A stretch of DNA of 64,000 nt from a virus (Duplodnaviria > Caudoviricetes), in the IMG/VR virus record IMGVR_UViG_3300031555_010338; one strand, 5' to 3'. Each line of letters starts with the position of its first letter. Within the stretch, counting starts at the first letter, position 1. Below are positions 34,648 through 44,001 of the stretch, piece by piece. The position numbers were made by a program, and so were the translations under genes. The notes under the pieces are model-generated. The model had not been told where the DNA came from. It did not search any database and saw only the letters and a program-made list of their open reading frames with translations.

Positions 34648-35544
34648 ATGGGCGGCGGAAGTTGGACTTCTCGTGATTGGGATAGCTATTCCAAAAGTAC
34701 GATCAGTGGCAAGACGGCATCTGGTATTTACACCAGTCGTTCCACAAAAGCTGAATTTGATCCGAAGAATGTAACGGTGCGTGAGAGCAGAGATGGCGTA
34801 GACCATCCAGAAAGCAATGCAATTATCGTTGGCTTGGATGTCACCGGCTCCATGAACGACATTCTGGAAGGCGTTGCAAAGAAGCTGAATGTCTTGGTCA
34901 GCGAAATTCTGGATCGTAAACCCGTTACTGATCCTCAGATCATGTTCAATGCGATTGGAGATGCGATGTGCGACAGCTCTCCCTTCCAGGTAACGCAGTT
35001 TGAGTCCGATATTAGAATTGCAGAGCAGCTCACTCAGCTCTATTTTGAGCGAGGCGGCGGCGGAAACAGCTTTGAGAGCTATCCCCTCGCATGGTATTTT
35101 GCTGCACGGCATACCGATATCGACTGTTTCAACAAGCGTGGCAAGAAGGGCTTCTTGTTCACTATGGGAGATGACTGTTTCCCGAAGAAACTGACTAAAC
35201 GAGAGATCAATGACATTTTTGGCGACACTGTTGAGGCAGATATCCCCGTTGAAAATATTTTGACGGAGGTAAATCGCAAGTACGAAGTGTTCCATCTGGT
35301 TCTGGATCGCTATGGTGACAGCAGCCGCATTGGTGAGTGGCGAAACCTAATTGGCGAACGTGCCATCAAAGTAAGCGACTATACCAAAATCCCCGAAATC
35401 ATTGTTTCTATTCTGGAGACTATGGGCGGCAAGGATGTTGACACTGTTGCCGCAAGCTGGGATGGCTCCACTTCTTTGGTGGTCAAAGATGCTCTGAGCG
35501 GCCTCCAGAGTGTGACTGCAAAAAGCGATCTTGTAGAGTTTTAA
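34648..35544 (+). CDS. vWA-domain protein
   Basis: MGGGSW N-terminus, MIDAS DVTGSM, QFESD, GGGGN..ESY, FTMGD. Confidence 0.85.
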   Translation: MGGGSWTSRDWDSYSKSTISGKTASGIYTSRSTKAEFDPKNVTVRESRDGVDHPESNAIIVGLDVTGSMNDILEGVAKKLNVLVSEILDRKPVTDPQIMFNAIGDAMCDSSPFQVTQFESDIRIAEQLTQLYFERGGGGNSFESYPLAWYFAARHTDIDCFNKRGKKGFLFTMGDDCFPKKLTKREINDIFGDTVEADIPVENILTEVNRKYEVFHLVLDRYGDSSRIGEWRNLIGERAIKVSDYTKIPEIIVSILETMGGKDVDTVAASWDGSTSLVVKDALSGLQSVTAKSDLVEF

Positions 35545-35564
35545 TATGAAAGGAATGTAGCGAC

Positions 35565-36761
35565 ATGGTAAAGCAGATCAAAGTTGTTATCGGAGCCAAT
35601 TTTGGCGATGAGGGCAAAGGTCTTATGACCGATTATTTCTGCCACGAGCTTTCACAAACTGGTAGCGTTCTGAACATTCGTCATAACGGCGGCGCACAAG
35701 CTGGTCATACCGTGGTATTACCAGACGGCAAGCGTCATGTGTTCAGTCACTTTGGGTCTGGGAGCTTCGTACCCCATGTCGCTACTTATCTTTCTCAGGA
35801 TTTTATTCTCAACCCTATGCTCTTCTGTCGTGAACTGGAGCGTCTGAAAAACAAGTTCGGCCTAATGCCAAGAGTATTCATCAACCCATATTGTAGGCTT
35901 ACAACCCCATACGACATGCTTATCAACCAGATCGCAGAGCGTAGTCGTGGTGATGCACGGCACGGTAGCTGCGGTTTAGGTATCAATGAAACTGTCGTTC
36001 GCAATGAGCGCATTCGGACGGATATCGGTCTGTTTGCATCTAAACCAGCATTGATGAATCATCTGGTAGCAACGCTGGTTTATCTGCGTAAGGAATATGT
36101 TCCAAGCCGTTTGAAGCAGCTTGGCGTAGATAACATTTCTATCGAGGACATGAAGCTAATTGAAAGCGATATCGTCCTTGAAAACTGGATGATGCAACTG
36201 ACAGAAATGCTCAACTATTGCACCATTGCCGGCGATGAAATCCTTGATAATTACGACGGACTTGTGTTCGAGGGAGCGCAGGGGCTTCTTCTGGACAACG
36301 ACTGTAAAGCGTTTGCTCCGCACCTTACCACATCTAAGACGGGATCTTTTAACCCTAAAAATATTCTTGCTCGTATGTCCATGCAGGATCGGGATATTGA
36401 GTTCTGCTATGTGACCCGCTCCTACTTCACACGGCATGGAGCTGGCAAGTTCCCTTCTGAGTGTGAGAAAAGCATTATTCTTCCTGAGGATGTTGTTGAT
36501 AAGACCAATCATTTCAACGAGTTTCAGAGAGAATTCCGCTATGGATACTTTGATGAGTATTTGTTCGAGAATGCCACTGAGAAAGATCTTCTGTATCGGC
36601 ACTGCGATTTCTCAAAGGCCAAATATACCAGAGCAGTTACCCATTTGGACGAAACGGATGGTAAGCTGATCGGCCACGATGGAAAGGAACTCTCCTTCCC
36701 GTCTGGCACACGATACCGCAGCTACGGAGAGACACGAAACGATGTCCATTGTCTGCGCTAA
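35565..36761 (+). CDS. Adenylosuccinate synthetase-like (PurA family) protein
   Basis: GANFGDEGKG, GGAQAGHTV, HGSCGLGI, FEGAQGLLLD, TRHGAG. Confidence 0.88.
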   Translation: MVKQIKVVIGANFGDEGKGLMTDYFCHELSQTGSVLNIRHNGGAQAGHTVVLPDGKRHVFSHFGSGSFVPHVATYLSQDFILNPMLFCRELERLKNKFGLMPRVFINPYCRLTTPYDMLINQIAERSRGDARHGSCGLGINETVVRNERIRTDIGLFASKPALMNHLVATLVYLRKEYVPSRLKQLGVDNISIEDMKLIESDIVLENWMMQLTEMLNYCTIAGDEILDNYDGLVFEGAQGLLLDNDCKAFAPHLTTSKTGSFNPKNILARMSMQDRDIEFCYVTRSYFTRHGAGKFPSECEKSIILPEDVVDKTNHFNEFQREFRYGYFDEYLFENATEKDLLYRHCDFSKAKYTRAVTHLDETDGKLIGHDGKELSFPSGTRYRSYGETRNDVHCLR

Positions 36762-36839
36762 TCTCTCAAAAACATACAGTAAATCTCAATAAAAAATGGC
36801 TGAAAACAGCCACAAACAAGAAAGGGAGTATAACTTGTC

Positions 36840-37916
36840 ATGATTAAGAAAGTTGACCGCAAAAACCGTTTTGTGTCCATGTTTGACCCCAAGACTGGTT
36901 TCTATGCCAGAAGCGGAGTAATCGATGAAAACGGCAATGATACCGGCGTAGATCCTTTTATGACCGCTTATCCTGAGCTGATCGATGTCGGCGTTATGGG
37001 ACATTGCGTACACGGCAGCAGTGGTCTTTGCATTAAGTCTGGTGTCCAGTGCTATCAGAACGGCCTTAAAACAAAGCATCCCAACATGACGCTTGAAAAC
37101 TTCAAACGTATTGTAGATGAGTGCAAGGGAAAAACCTTCCAGCTTGCGCTTGGTGGTCGTGGCGATGTGGATCAGCATGAAAATTTTGCTGAGATCCTTC
37201 AGTATTGTCGTGAGAACGATATCGTCCCCAACTTCACCAGCTCTGGCCTTGGTTTCACTGACGAAATCGTACAGCTTTGTAAGCAGTATTGTGGTGCGGT
37301 TGCGATTTCCTGGTATCGTCAGTCTCATACGATCCGTGCGATTCAGATGCTTCTTGATGCTGGTGTAAAGACCAACATTCACTATGTTCTTGGAAACAAT
37401 TCCATCGACGAGGCAATCGAGCGTTTGAAGAACAATGATTTCCCAGCCGGTGTTAATGCAGTAATCTTTCTGCTTCATAAGCCCGTTGGTCTTGGTAGTG
37501 AAGAGAATGTGCTACAGAGCGACGATCCCCGTGTTGCGGAGTTTTTCAAGGTAGTGGATGCGCAGAAGTTCAATTTCAAGATTGGTTTTGACTCCTGTTC
37601 TATTCCCGCCGTACTTAACCTTACAAGTAATATCGATCATGACAGTATCGATACCTGCGAGGGTGGCCGTTGGAGCATGTATATTACCAGCGACATGAAG
37701 GCTTTGCCCTGCTATTTCGATAATCAGGAGCTTCGCTGGGCATACGACATCAGCAACGACAGCATTCAGAACGCCTGGAACAGTCCTCAGTTTGAAGACT
37801 TCCGCAATCATTTCCGCACGGCCTGTCCTGGATGTAGCCAGCGGTGTGCTTGCATGGGCGGCTGTCCTATTCGTCCGCAGATCGTTATTTGTAATAGGAA
37901 GGAGAAAACGGTGTAA
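36840..37916 (+). CDS. Radical SAM/SPASM-domain protein with atypical CX7CX6C motif
   Basis: CVHGSSGLCIKSGVQCYQ; ALGGRGD; SPASM CEGG..PC..CPGC..CMGGCP. Confidence 0.85.
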   Translation: MIKKVDRKNRFVSMFDPKTGFYARSGVIDENGNDTGVDPFMTAYPELIDVGVMGHCVHGSSGLCIKSGVQCYQNGLKTKHPNMTLENFKRIVDECKGKTFQLALGGRGDVDQHENFAEILQYCRENDIVPNFTSSGLGFTDEIVQLCKQYCGAVAISWYRQSHTIRAIQMLLDAGVKTNIHYVLGNNSIDEAIERLKNNDFPAGVNAVIFLLHKPVGLGSEENVLQSDDPRVAEFFKVVDAQKFNFKIGFDSCSIPAVLNLTSNIDHDSIDTCEGGRWSMYITSDMKALPCYFDNQELRWAYDISNDSIQNAWNSPQFEDFRNHFRTACPGCSQRCACMGGCPIRPQIVICNRKEKTV

Positions 37917-38185
37917 TGCCTAAATATCCAAAGGGTTATAAAGACGTTGAATTTTTCGCTCACAATGTTAAGCCTGGTAAAAAGCGCAGACGCTTGGCTG
38001 GATCGACAAAAGCAACAAACGACTTCCTTGTGATTATCCATGAGCAATATCCAGATAAAACAATTTCACAGTTACGGGATCTTCTTCTGGATAAAACACA
38101 GTTCATTTATCACCCTGAGGCAGTTGCCGTTCTTGATGCTTACATAAAGGCCGGCGAAGCAGACATTATTCCGTATTGGAAATAA
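37916..38185 (+). CDS. Hypothetical protein
   Basis: TAATG coupling; AAGGAG RBS. Confidence 0.7.
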   Translation: MPKYPKGYKDVEFFAHNVKPGKKRRRLAGSTKATNDFLVIIHEQYPDKTISQLRDLLLDKTQFIYHPEAVAVLDAYIKAGEADIIPYWK

Positions 38186-38394
38186 TGCGAGATATCAAGC
38201 GTATTAGAAAGTTTTGCAATCAGCTTGCAGACTTATGGGAAACACATTGCCCAGATATGAGGTTTGGGCAGTTGGTTCATAATGTAGTCAATAGTGGCGA
38301 GTTGGCAAAAACCGACCCGTTTTATATTGAAGACGAAGAAATGCTTCAGCATTTCAAAAACTACTTTTCAAAACAAATGGAGGTACAGTCATGA
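38185..38394 (+). CDS. Hypothetical phage protein (MRD..RI...W...PDMRFGQL)
   Basis: TAATG coupling; recognisable small phage-protein pattern. Confidence 0.7.
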   Translation: MRDIKRIRKFCNQLADLWETHCPDMRFGQLVHNVVNSGELAKTDPFYIEDEEMLQHFKNYFSKQMEVQS

Positions 38395-38582
38395 AAAAGA
38401 TCATTTCCGTAGACACCACATACACATTCGACACAGCAATCATCTCTTTGCCCGATGGCACTGTTGTCAAGGGCGAAGTTGACTCGTGGACAGACTACGA
38501 AGACGGCGATCAGATTCAAGTCGTTATTGACGGCGTTACATATCTGGTTCACTCTACCAACATTGTTCTGGTTCAGGACTGA
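38391..38582 (+). CDS. Hypothetical protein
   Basis: GGAGG RBS; ATGA overlap. Confidence 0.75.
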   Translation: MKKIISVDTTYTFDTAIISLPDGTVVKGEVDSWTDYEDGDQIQVVIDGVTYLVHSTNIVLVQD

Positions 38583-38591
38583 GGTGGCAGC

Positions 38592-38942
38592 ATGAAGCTG
38601 AGAAATGGATTTGTGACGAATAGCTCTTCCAGTAGCTATCTGTGTGTTGCGAAAATCGATTTTACCGATGAACTTCGCGCATACATGAAGGAAGAGTTTG
38701 GTAAGTATGGCGAACGTCTGTTGAAGGAACATCTGCAAACTGGCGCAAAGATCAAAGAAGACTGCGACGAGATTTGGGACTATTTCGATGATCGTGGCTG
38801 CTTGGATGATCTGGAAGATGATGCTTACTATCTTGGCGCACGGTTTATCGAGTGGACGAACGATGGAGATACAGAGGGCGACGACGCTTTCCTCTATAAC
38901 AATATCCCCGATAAATTCAAGCTGGCAACTTATGGTGAGTAA
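38592..38942 (+). CDS. FVTNSSSSS-motif protein 1
   Basis: MKLRNGFVTNSSSSSYL. Confidence 0.9.
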   Translation: MKLRNGFVTNSSSSSYLCVAKIDFTDELRAYMKEEFGKYGERLLKEHLQTGAKIKEDCDEIWDYFDDRGCLDDLEDDAYYLGARFIEWTNDGDTEGDDAFLYNNIPDKFKLATYGE

Positions 38943-39446
38943 ATGAAAGTCCGAAGCGATTTTGTCACCAATAGTTCATCGAGCAGTTTTGTTCTCGCTT
39001 TCAATAGTAAGGATGATTTCGACGAGTTCAATTTTCGATGTGAGGATTTAGGATATAAGGCGTTTTTCAGACTTATTAAGCGGATGATGAAGCGTAGTGA
39101 ATCCGTAGACAAGAACGCCGCACTTAAAATGCTCCGTAGCTTCTATCGTTTCGAGAAAATCAATGAGAATGAAATGATGGACGCATATGCAAAGGATCGT
39201 GGAAAGCGATATTGGTATGAAGTATCTGACGAGGCAAATAACGATCCTGATTACCAAGCAGAAATCGAGCGCCGTTTAGCAGCTACCGACTATACCGAAC
39301 AGAAACAGCGCATTGAAAATGCAGAAATTGTCGTTAGCGGTACAATCTGGGATAGCGACGGTGGCTTGCTTGAATGGGCAATTCGGAATGGATTCATCAA
39401 AGATGAGTTCTGGAGGTATTGCATTTTATCGTGGAATGTAGGGTGA
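38943..39446 (+). CDS. FVTNSSSSS-motif protein 2
   Basis: MKVRSDFVTNSSSSSFV. Confidence 0.9.
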   Translation: MKVRSDFVTNSSSSSFVLAFNSKDDFDEFNFRCEDLGYKAFFRLIKRMMKRSESVDKNAALKMLRSFYRFEKINENEMMDAYAKDRGKRYWYEVSDEANNDPDYQAEIERRLAATDYTEQKQRIENAEIVVSGTIWDSDGGLLEWAIRNGFIKDEFWRYCILSWNVG

Positions 39447-39450
39447 GACA

Positions 39451-39870
39451 ATGAAGAAACGAACAGATTTTGTAACTAACAGCTCGTCAAGTAGCTTTAT
39501 CTGTTGCTTTGCTCGAATTGCAGATCAGCAGAAAGCGCAGGCCACGCTTGACAAGCATGAAAAGAAGATCGAGGTTTATACCGCAGAGGAAGTGCTTGAA
39601 GAACTGAAGCGAAACTCTTCCTGGTCTAAGTGGCTTGAATACGATTGGACTGGTATCGATGTTACTCCAAGCAAGGAGTATATCGAGCAGCACATGGATG
39701 ATCGGTTTATCGTTATCACTGACAGCGAAGATCTTTACGAGGATGAGGACGGAGATATCGACTACGATGTTGACTACTCCGATTTTGACACCGATGCGAT
39801 TGACGATATCACCGAAGAGAATGGCTTTGCTGATATCGATTGTCAGTACGGAGCCGGTAGAAATGGTTGA
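39451..39870 (+). CDS. FVTNSSSSS-motif protein 3
   Basis: MKKRTDFVTNSSSSSFI. Confidence 0.9.
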   Translation: MKKRTDFVTNSSSSSFICCFARIADQQKAQATLDKHEKKIEVYTAEEVLEELKRNSSWSKWLEYDWTGIDVTPSKEYIEQHMDDRFIVITDSEDLYEDEDGDIDYDVDYSDFDTDAIDDITEENGFADIDCQYGAGRNG

Positions 39871-39882
39871 TAGGAGATTCGC

Positions 39883-40182
39883 ATGAAGATTAGAAAAGAC
39901 TTCGTAACCAACAGCTCTTCTTCAAGCTTTCTGATTACCAACAAATCCGATAAGGAAATGGATGCAAGAGATGTCATACTTTCGCTTCTTGCCAGAATTT
40001 TGGAGGATGCCGAAGGAAGATTTACCTTGGAGCCTGGTCAGTCCATTCATTATGAATGCGGAGACGGAGATGACGATGGTGCTTTTGAGAACTTCATCCA
40101 TAGCGGATTTAGCGGGTGGGGTATCACTGAAAGATACGGCAATGGTGATGCGGAAGTGACATTTTTGGAAAGTCATCATTAA
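39883..40182 (+). CDS. FVTNSSSSS-motif protein 4
   Basis: MKIRKDFVTNSSSSSFL; ends ESHH. Confidence 0.9.
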   Translation: MKIRKDFVTNSSSSSFLITNKSDKEMDARDVILSLLARILEDAEGRFTLEPGQSIHYECGDGDDDGAFENFIHSGFSGWGITERYGNGDAEVTFLESHH

Positions 40183-40193
40183 GGAGGATGCCA

Positions 40194-40709
40194 ATGAAAA
40201 TCAGACATGATTTTGTGACGAACAGTAGTTCAAGCAGTTTTATTCTGGCCTTCGAGAGCAAAGAAGACGGGTATTCTAAGATCGCAGCCATGACAAAAGA
40301 ATATGGTAGCAATTATGTGTGCCAGCTTTTGAAGGATTTCGAGGAAGAGCAGCCTATCCCTCGTGAAGAACTCTATGAGCGTGTGAAGAACGATCTCGAA
40401 TCGCTTGCTTATTACAAGCTTTGTTATGGCGATGGTGGATGGTGGAGTTCCGAAAAGGATACATTTAGGAGCCGTTGGGAGAAGGCGCATCCTGGCGCTG
40501 GTTATTCTGACTTCTATCGTTCAGAAGAGTTTATCACAGAAAAGGAGCGCCTGGTAAAGCAGTATTTTGATGAGTTGCTTGCCAAGATTGGTGATCGCAG
40601 CCATATCGTAGAGATTGAATATGAAGACCACTCCACTGTAGGTAGTGAGCTTGAACACAATATTCTTCCCGACTGCGATTTCACTATTCAGCGGTTTAGC
40701 CACCATTAA
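40194..40709 (+). CDS. FVTNSSSSS-motif protein 5
   Basis: MKIRHDFVTNSSSSSFI; ends FSHH. Confidence 0.9.
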   Translation: MKIRHDFVTNSSSSSFILAFESKEDGYSKIAAMTKEYGSNYVCQLLKDFEEEQPIPREELYERVKNDLESLAYYKLCYGDGGWWSSEKDTFRSRWEKAHPGAGYSDFYRSEEFITEKERLVKQYFDELLAKIGDRSHIVEIEYEDHSTVGSELEHNILPDCDFTIQRFSHH

Positions 40710-40721
40710 AGGAGGTAGCCA

Positions 40722-41276
40722 ATGAAGTTCAGAAAAGATTTTGTGACCAATTCCAGTAGCTCAAGCTATGTTTGTGAGATCTGCGGAGAAACAGCAAGCG
40801 GCTGGGATATCAGTCTTAGTGAAGCAGAGATGGTCGAGTGTGAAAACGGCCATGTGATCTGCGAAAGTGAAATGCTTCCGATTTCAAGAGAAGATCTGAT
40901 TGCGATGATGGTAAAGGATTTTGACCATATCGCAGAAGAGTTTGATGACAAGTCAGATGACGAAATTCTTAGTAGTTATCTGAGCGAAGATGATGTGCGG
41001 TATGGCGTTCCCGAATGCTTCTGCCCTATTTGCCAGTTTATCGAATATTCTCAGGGCGACCTTGCCAAGTATCTGGAAAAGAAATATAAAGTAAGCCGTG
41101 CTGAGGTGTTTGAGAAGGTCAAGCAGCTCAACAAGCGTCGCAAGAAGCTGTATGACAGCGAGTATGTGACCGAAGTATGCAGCCGCTTCAATCTGAACCC
41201 CACTGAGATTGTTGCCGGTCTGAAAGCAGAGTTTGGCAGTTATCGAAGATTCAAAAACTACATTATGATGCGGTGA
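40722..41276 (+). CDS. FVTNSSSSS-motif protein 6 (Cys-rich)
   Basis: MKFRKDFVTNSSSSSYVCEIC...CENGH.IC...CPIC. Confidence 0.9.
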   Translation: MKFRKDFVTNSSSSSYVCEICGETASGWDISLSEAEMVECENGHVICESEMLPISREDLIAMMVKDFDHIAEEFDDKSDDEILSSYLSEDDVRYGVPECFCPICQFIEYSQGDLAKYLEKKYKVSRAEVFEKVKQLNKRRKKLYDSEYVTEVCSRFNLNPTEIVAGLKAEFGSYRRFKNYIMMR

Positions 41277-41281
41277 TCTGA

Positions 41282-41638
41282 ATGAAAGTAAGAAGTGATT
41301 TTGTAACGAATTCAAGCAGTAGCGCCTTTATCTGTCTGCGTATTGGCCGTGACTTGGAAGAAGTATTCTTTCTTGCAAATGACATGACCAGTGAGCAGAT
41401 TCTTGATAAGGCATATGACGAGGGCTTGGATGAAGTAGAGCTGAAGGGCAAGAATATGGTTGCTGCCGTTGGCGAGTGTAGCGTTGAGTATGTCGGATGG
41501 ACACTTGATGAAAGCGATCTTACCGAAAAGAATCTGGTTCAGCTCAAAGAGGAAATGGCAAAGACCATTAGAGAAACCTACGGTATTCAGCTCGAAGATA
41601 AGGATATCCAGTTTGACTATGGAGAGATTTCACGATGA
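41282..41638 (+). CDS. FVTNSSSS-motif protein 7
   Basis: MKVRSDFVTNSSSSAFI. Confidence 0.9.
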   Translation: MKVRSDFVTNSSSSAFICLRIGRDLEEVFFLANDMTSEQILDKAYDEGLDEVELKGKNMVAAVGECSVEYVGWTLDESDLTEKNLVQLKEEMAKTIRETYGIQLEDKDIQFDYGEISR

Positions 41639-42069
41639 AGATCAGACAGGACTTTGTAACGAATAGTAGTAGTTCCAGCTATATTATTGCGTATCAGCAG
41701 ATTCCCGAAATCGACGATGATACACTGGCAAAGTATCCGATGCTTACTTGTTTTAACAAGCTTGTGGAGACTGTAATGTTTGCTAAGAGCGACTATAACG
41801 ATACTACTGCTGGCAAAAAGATTGCAACCAAAGAAGAGCTTGACGCTCATTTCAAAGATTACTACGGCTGGCGCAAAGAACAGACCTTGGAGGAAATTTT
41901 TGAAGATGAAGAGTACGCCAAGGATCAGTACGATAGGTGTGCTACGGCTCTTGACCGTGGTTGCAACATCTTGATTAAGCATGTTGACTACAGCGATGAC
42001 ACAATCGCTAATATGCTTAAAATGCTTGGGCAGGGCGACACTGGAATCGAAATTATTGACAGCGATTAA
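41635..42069 (+). CDS. FVTNSSSSS-motif protein 8
   Basis: MKIRQDFVTNSSSSSYI. Confidence 0.9.
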   Translation: MKIRQDFVTNSSSSSYIIAYQQIPEIDDDTLAKYPMLTCFNKLVETVMFAKSDYNDTTAGKKIATKEELDAHFKDYYGWRKEQTLEEIFEDEEYAKDQYDRCATALDRGCNILIKHVDYSDDTIANMLKMLGQGDTGIEIIDSD

Positions 42070-42123
42070 GAAATTAGCTAAACAAGGTTAATTTTTGCTG
42101 TTGGACATCATTAAGTATAAGAG

Positions 42124-43530
42124 GTGAAGACATTGTATTCTGCATTTGTTACCAGAATTAAAAACCTGAGAAAACATACGAATGCAGATCGTCTGATGTG
42201 TGGCGAGTGTTTTGGCAATACGGTTATCGTTGGCCTGGACACTCAGCCAGACGAGCTTGGTGTTTACTTCCCCGTAGACGGCAAGCTTGGTTTGGAGTTT
42301 GCGCAGAAGAATGATCTGCTCCGCCGCAAGGATGAAAATGGCAAACCTGCTGGCGGTTATCTCGATCCTGAGAAGAGAAACATTAAGGCTCTGAAGCTCC
42401 GTGGAGAAAAGAGCGACGGCCTGTTTATGCCTCTTGTTTGTCTGGCAGATTACACCGATATTGCCAGTTTGAAAGAGGGTGACACCATTACAGTGTTGAA
42501 TGGTGTAACGATTTGTGAGAAATATATCCCCCGCGCAAGTAGTAGGGGGGGGTGTCATTTTGATGGTAATCGCACTCGCAAGCGCAAAGATCCTGTGTCT
42601 CCCCTGTTCATGGAACATGCAGACACGGAACAGCTTGCCTACAATCTTACATCCTTCCGTGCTGGCGACCAAATCGAGGTCACTTTGAAGATGCACGGCA
42701 CTTCTCAGAGAACCGGCTATCTTCCCGTTCTGAGTGGATATAAGCGCACCATTATGGATAAGCTGCGCAAGCGTTCTGGCACACCGATTTATGATTGGGG
42801 CTATGTCTCCGGTACTCGTCGTGTAGTTCTGGACGATTATGAAGGCGGCTACTATGGGAGCAACGCCTTCCGTGAGCAGCACAGCAAGATCTTTGAAGGC
42901 AAACTTCATAAGGGCGAGACGGTATATTATGAGGTTGTTGGTTTTACTCAGGACGGTACGCCTATCATGGCTTCTTGTGATAACAAGAAAGTAGGCGATA
43001 AGGAATTTACTAAACAATACGGAGATGTTACGACATTCTCTTATGGCTGCAAGCCTGGACATTTGGGCGGACTTATCAAAGATAAGGAAATTGTGGATAA
43101 CGAAGCTGTTGTGTATCCGCAGTCTGACATCTATGTGTACCGTATGACCATGACCAATGAGGACGGCGATGTAGTTGAGTACACGCCCGATTTTATGCGT
43201 TACCGTTGTGAGCAGATGGGCGTTAAGTGTGTTCCCGTATTTTACAAGGGCTACATTCCCGAATACTTCATCCTGCCCGATGATGTTGGAAGTCCCGCCG
43301 CAATCGATGCTGGTGCATATGTAAAGAAGCTGGCTGAGGATTTCTACGACGGCGCTGATCCTGTTGGTAAATCCCATATCCGTGAGGGTGTTGTAGTTCG
43401 GATCATCAACCGTCCTAAGTTCACCGCTTACAAGCATAAGAACTTTGCGTTTAAGGTGCTGGAGGGCATTATCAAGGATGTTGCTACCGCACCTGACATG
43501 GAAGAGGCTCAGGAACAGGAGGCTGCATAA
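42124..43530 (+). CDS. ATP-dependent RNA ligase (Rnl2/DRB0094-like) with N-terminal OB-like domain
   Basis: H.NADRL and KLRGEKSDG N-domain; motif I KMHGTS, III YYEVVG, IV EGVVV, V YKHKN. True start may be TTG 42133. Confidence 0.85.
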   Translation: MKTLYSAFVTRIKNLRKHTNADRLMCGECFGNTVIVGLDTQPDELGVYFPVDGKLGLEFAQKNDLLRRKDENGKPAGGYLDPEKRNIKALKLRGEKSDGLFMPLVCLADYTDIASLKEGDTITVLNGVTICEKYIPRASSRGGCHFDGNRTRKRKDPVSPLFMEHADTEQLAYNLTSFRAGDQIEVTLKMHGTSQRTGYLPVLSGYKRTIMDKLRKRSGTPIYDWGYVSGTRRVVLDDYEGGYYGSNAFREQHSKIFEGKLHKGETVYYEVVGFTQDGTPIMASCDNKKVGDKEFTKQYGDVTTFSYGCKPGHLGGLIKDKEIVDNEAVVYPQSDIYVYRMTMTNEDGDVVEYTPDFMRYRCEQMGVKCVPVFYKGYIPEYFILPDDVGSPAAIDAGAYVKKLAEDFYDGADPVGKSHIREGVVVRIINRPKFTAYKHKNFAFKVLEGIIKDVATAPDMEEAQEQEAA

Positions 43531-43694
43531 TGGGACTTCCGCAAATCATTTTTGTTGGGCTTTATGCTCTGTCGCTTGGTTGCATTCTGGCTAAGCACGG
43601 CGAAGCAAGAACGGGGAAGTATAATTTCTTCACTTCTCTGTTTACTGTCTCCTTAGAGATGATGCTGCTTTGGTGGGGCGGCTTCTTTGGATAA
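43530..43694 (+). CDS. Small membrane protein (54 aa)
   Basis: Below the ORF-track cutoff; AGGAGG RBS, TAATG coupling; ends LLWWGGFFG. Confidence 0.65.
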   Translation: MGLPQIIFVGLYALSLGCILAKHGEARTGKYNFFTSLFTVSLEMMLLWWGGFFG

Positions 43695-44001
43695 ACAAAC
43701 CATCATCGACTTCATCCGCCACTTCAAAGATGCGCAAAAGACATTTCTTGACGGGTGCTGCTACTGGTTCTGCTATATTTTGAGCGCCAGATTTGGAGGC
43801 TCAACATTTTATGAGCCAGTTGAAGGACACTTTGTACAAAAAATTGGCGATTCGTTCTTTGATGTGCGCGGTGATGTCACTGAACTGTATAAGGACTGTC
43901 GGTATATGGTGTGTTGGGATACATACAAGCTTGTAGACCCAACACATTACCGGCATGTTGTAAGAGACTGTGTATTGAAAGAGAGGTATGAAGATGATTG
44001 A
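43687..44001 (+). CDS. Hypothetical protein (GCCYWF...GHF...FDVRG)
   Basis: Cys-His-Asp pattern reminiscent of a papain-like triad. Confidence 0.65.
   Translation: MDKQTIIDFIRHFKDAQKTFLDGCCYWFCYILSARFGGSTFYEPVEGHFVQKIGDSFFDVRGDVTELYKDCRYMVCWDTYKLVDPTHYRHVVRDCVLKERYEDD

Larger units (their letters stand above)
5394..42114 (+). promoter_or_regulatory. Phage-specific promoter-like motif GGTTAA-N17-(G/T/C)ATTA(G/A), 12 copies
   Basis: Upstream boxes at 5394, 6623, 7144, 7875, 9244, 9755, 10498, 11860, 13708, 15217, 30572, 42086; fixed 17-nt spacer; usually followed by an RBS. Confidence 0.85.

Noticed and set aside
35565-36761. PurZ / 2-aminoadenine (Z-genome) pathway
   Set aside because: The protein keeps the PurA catalytic Asp (GDEGKG), whereas PurZ has a substitution there; adenine methylases are also present.
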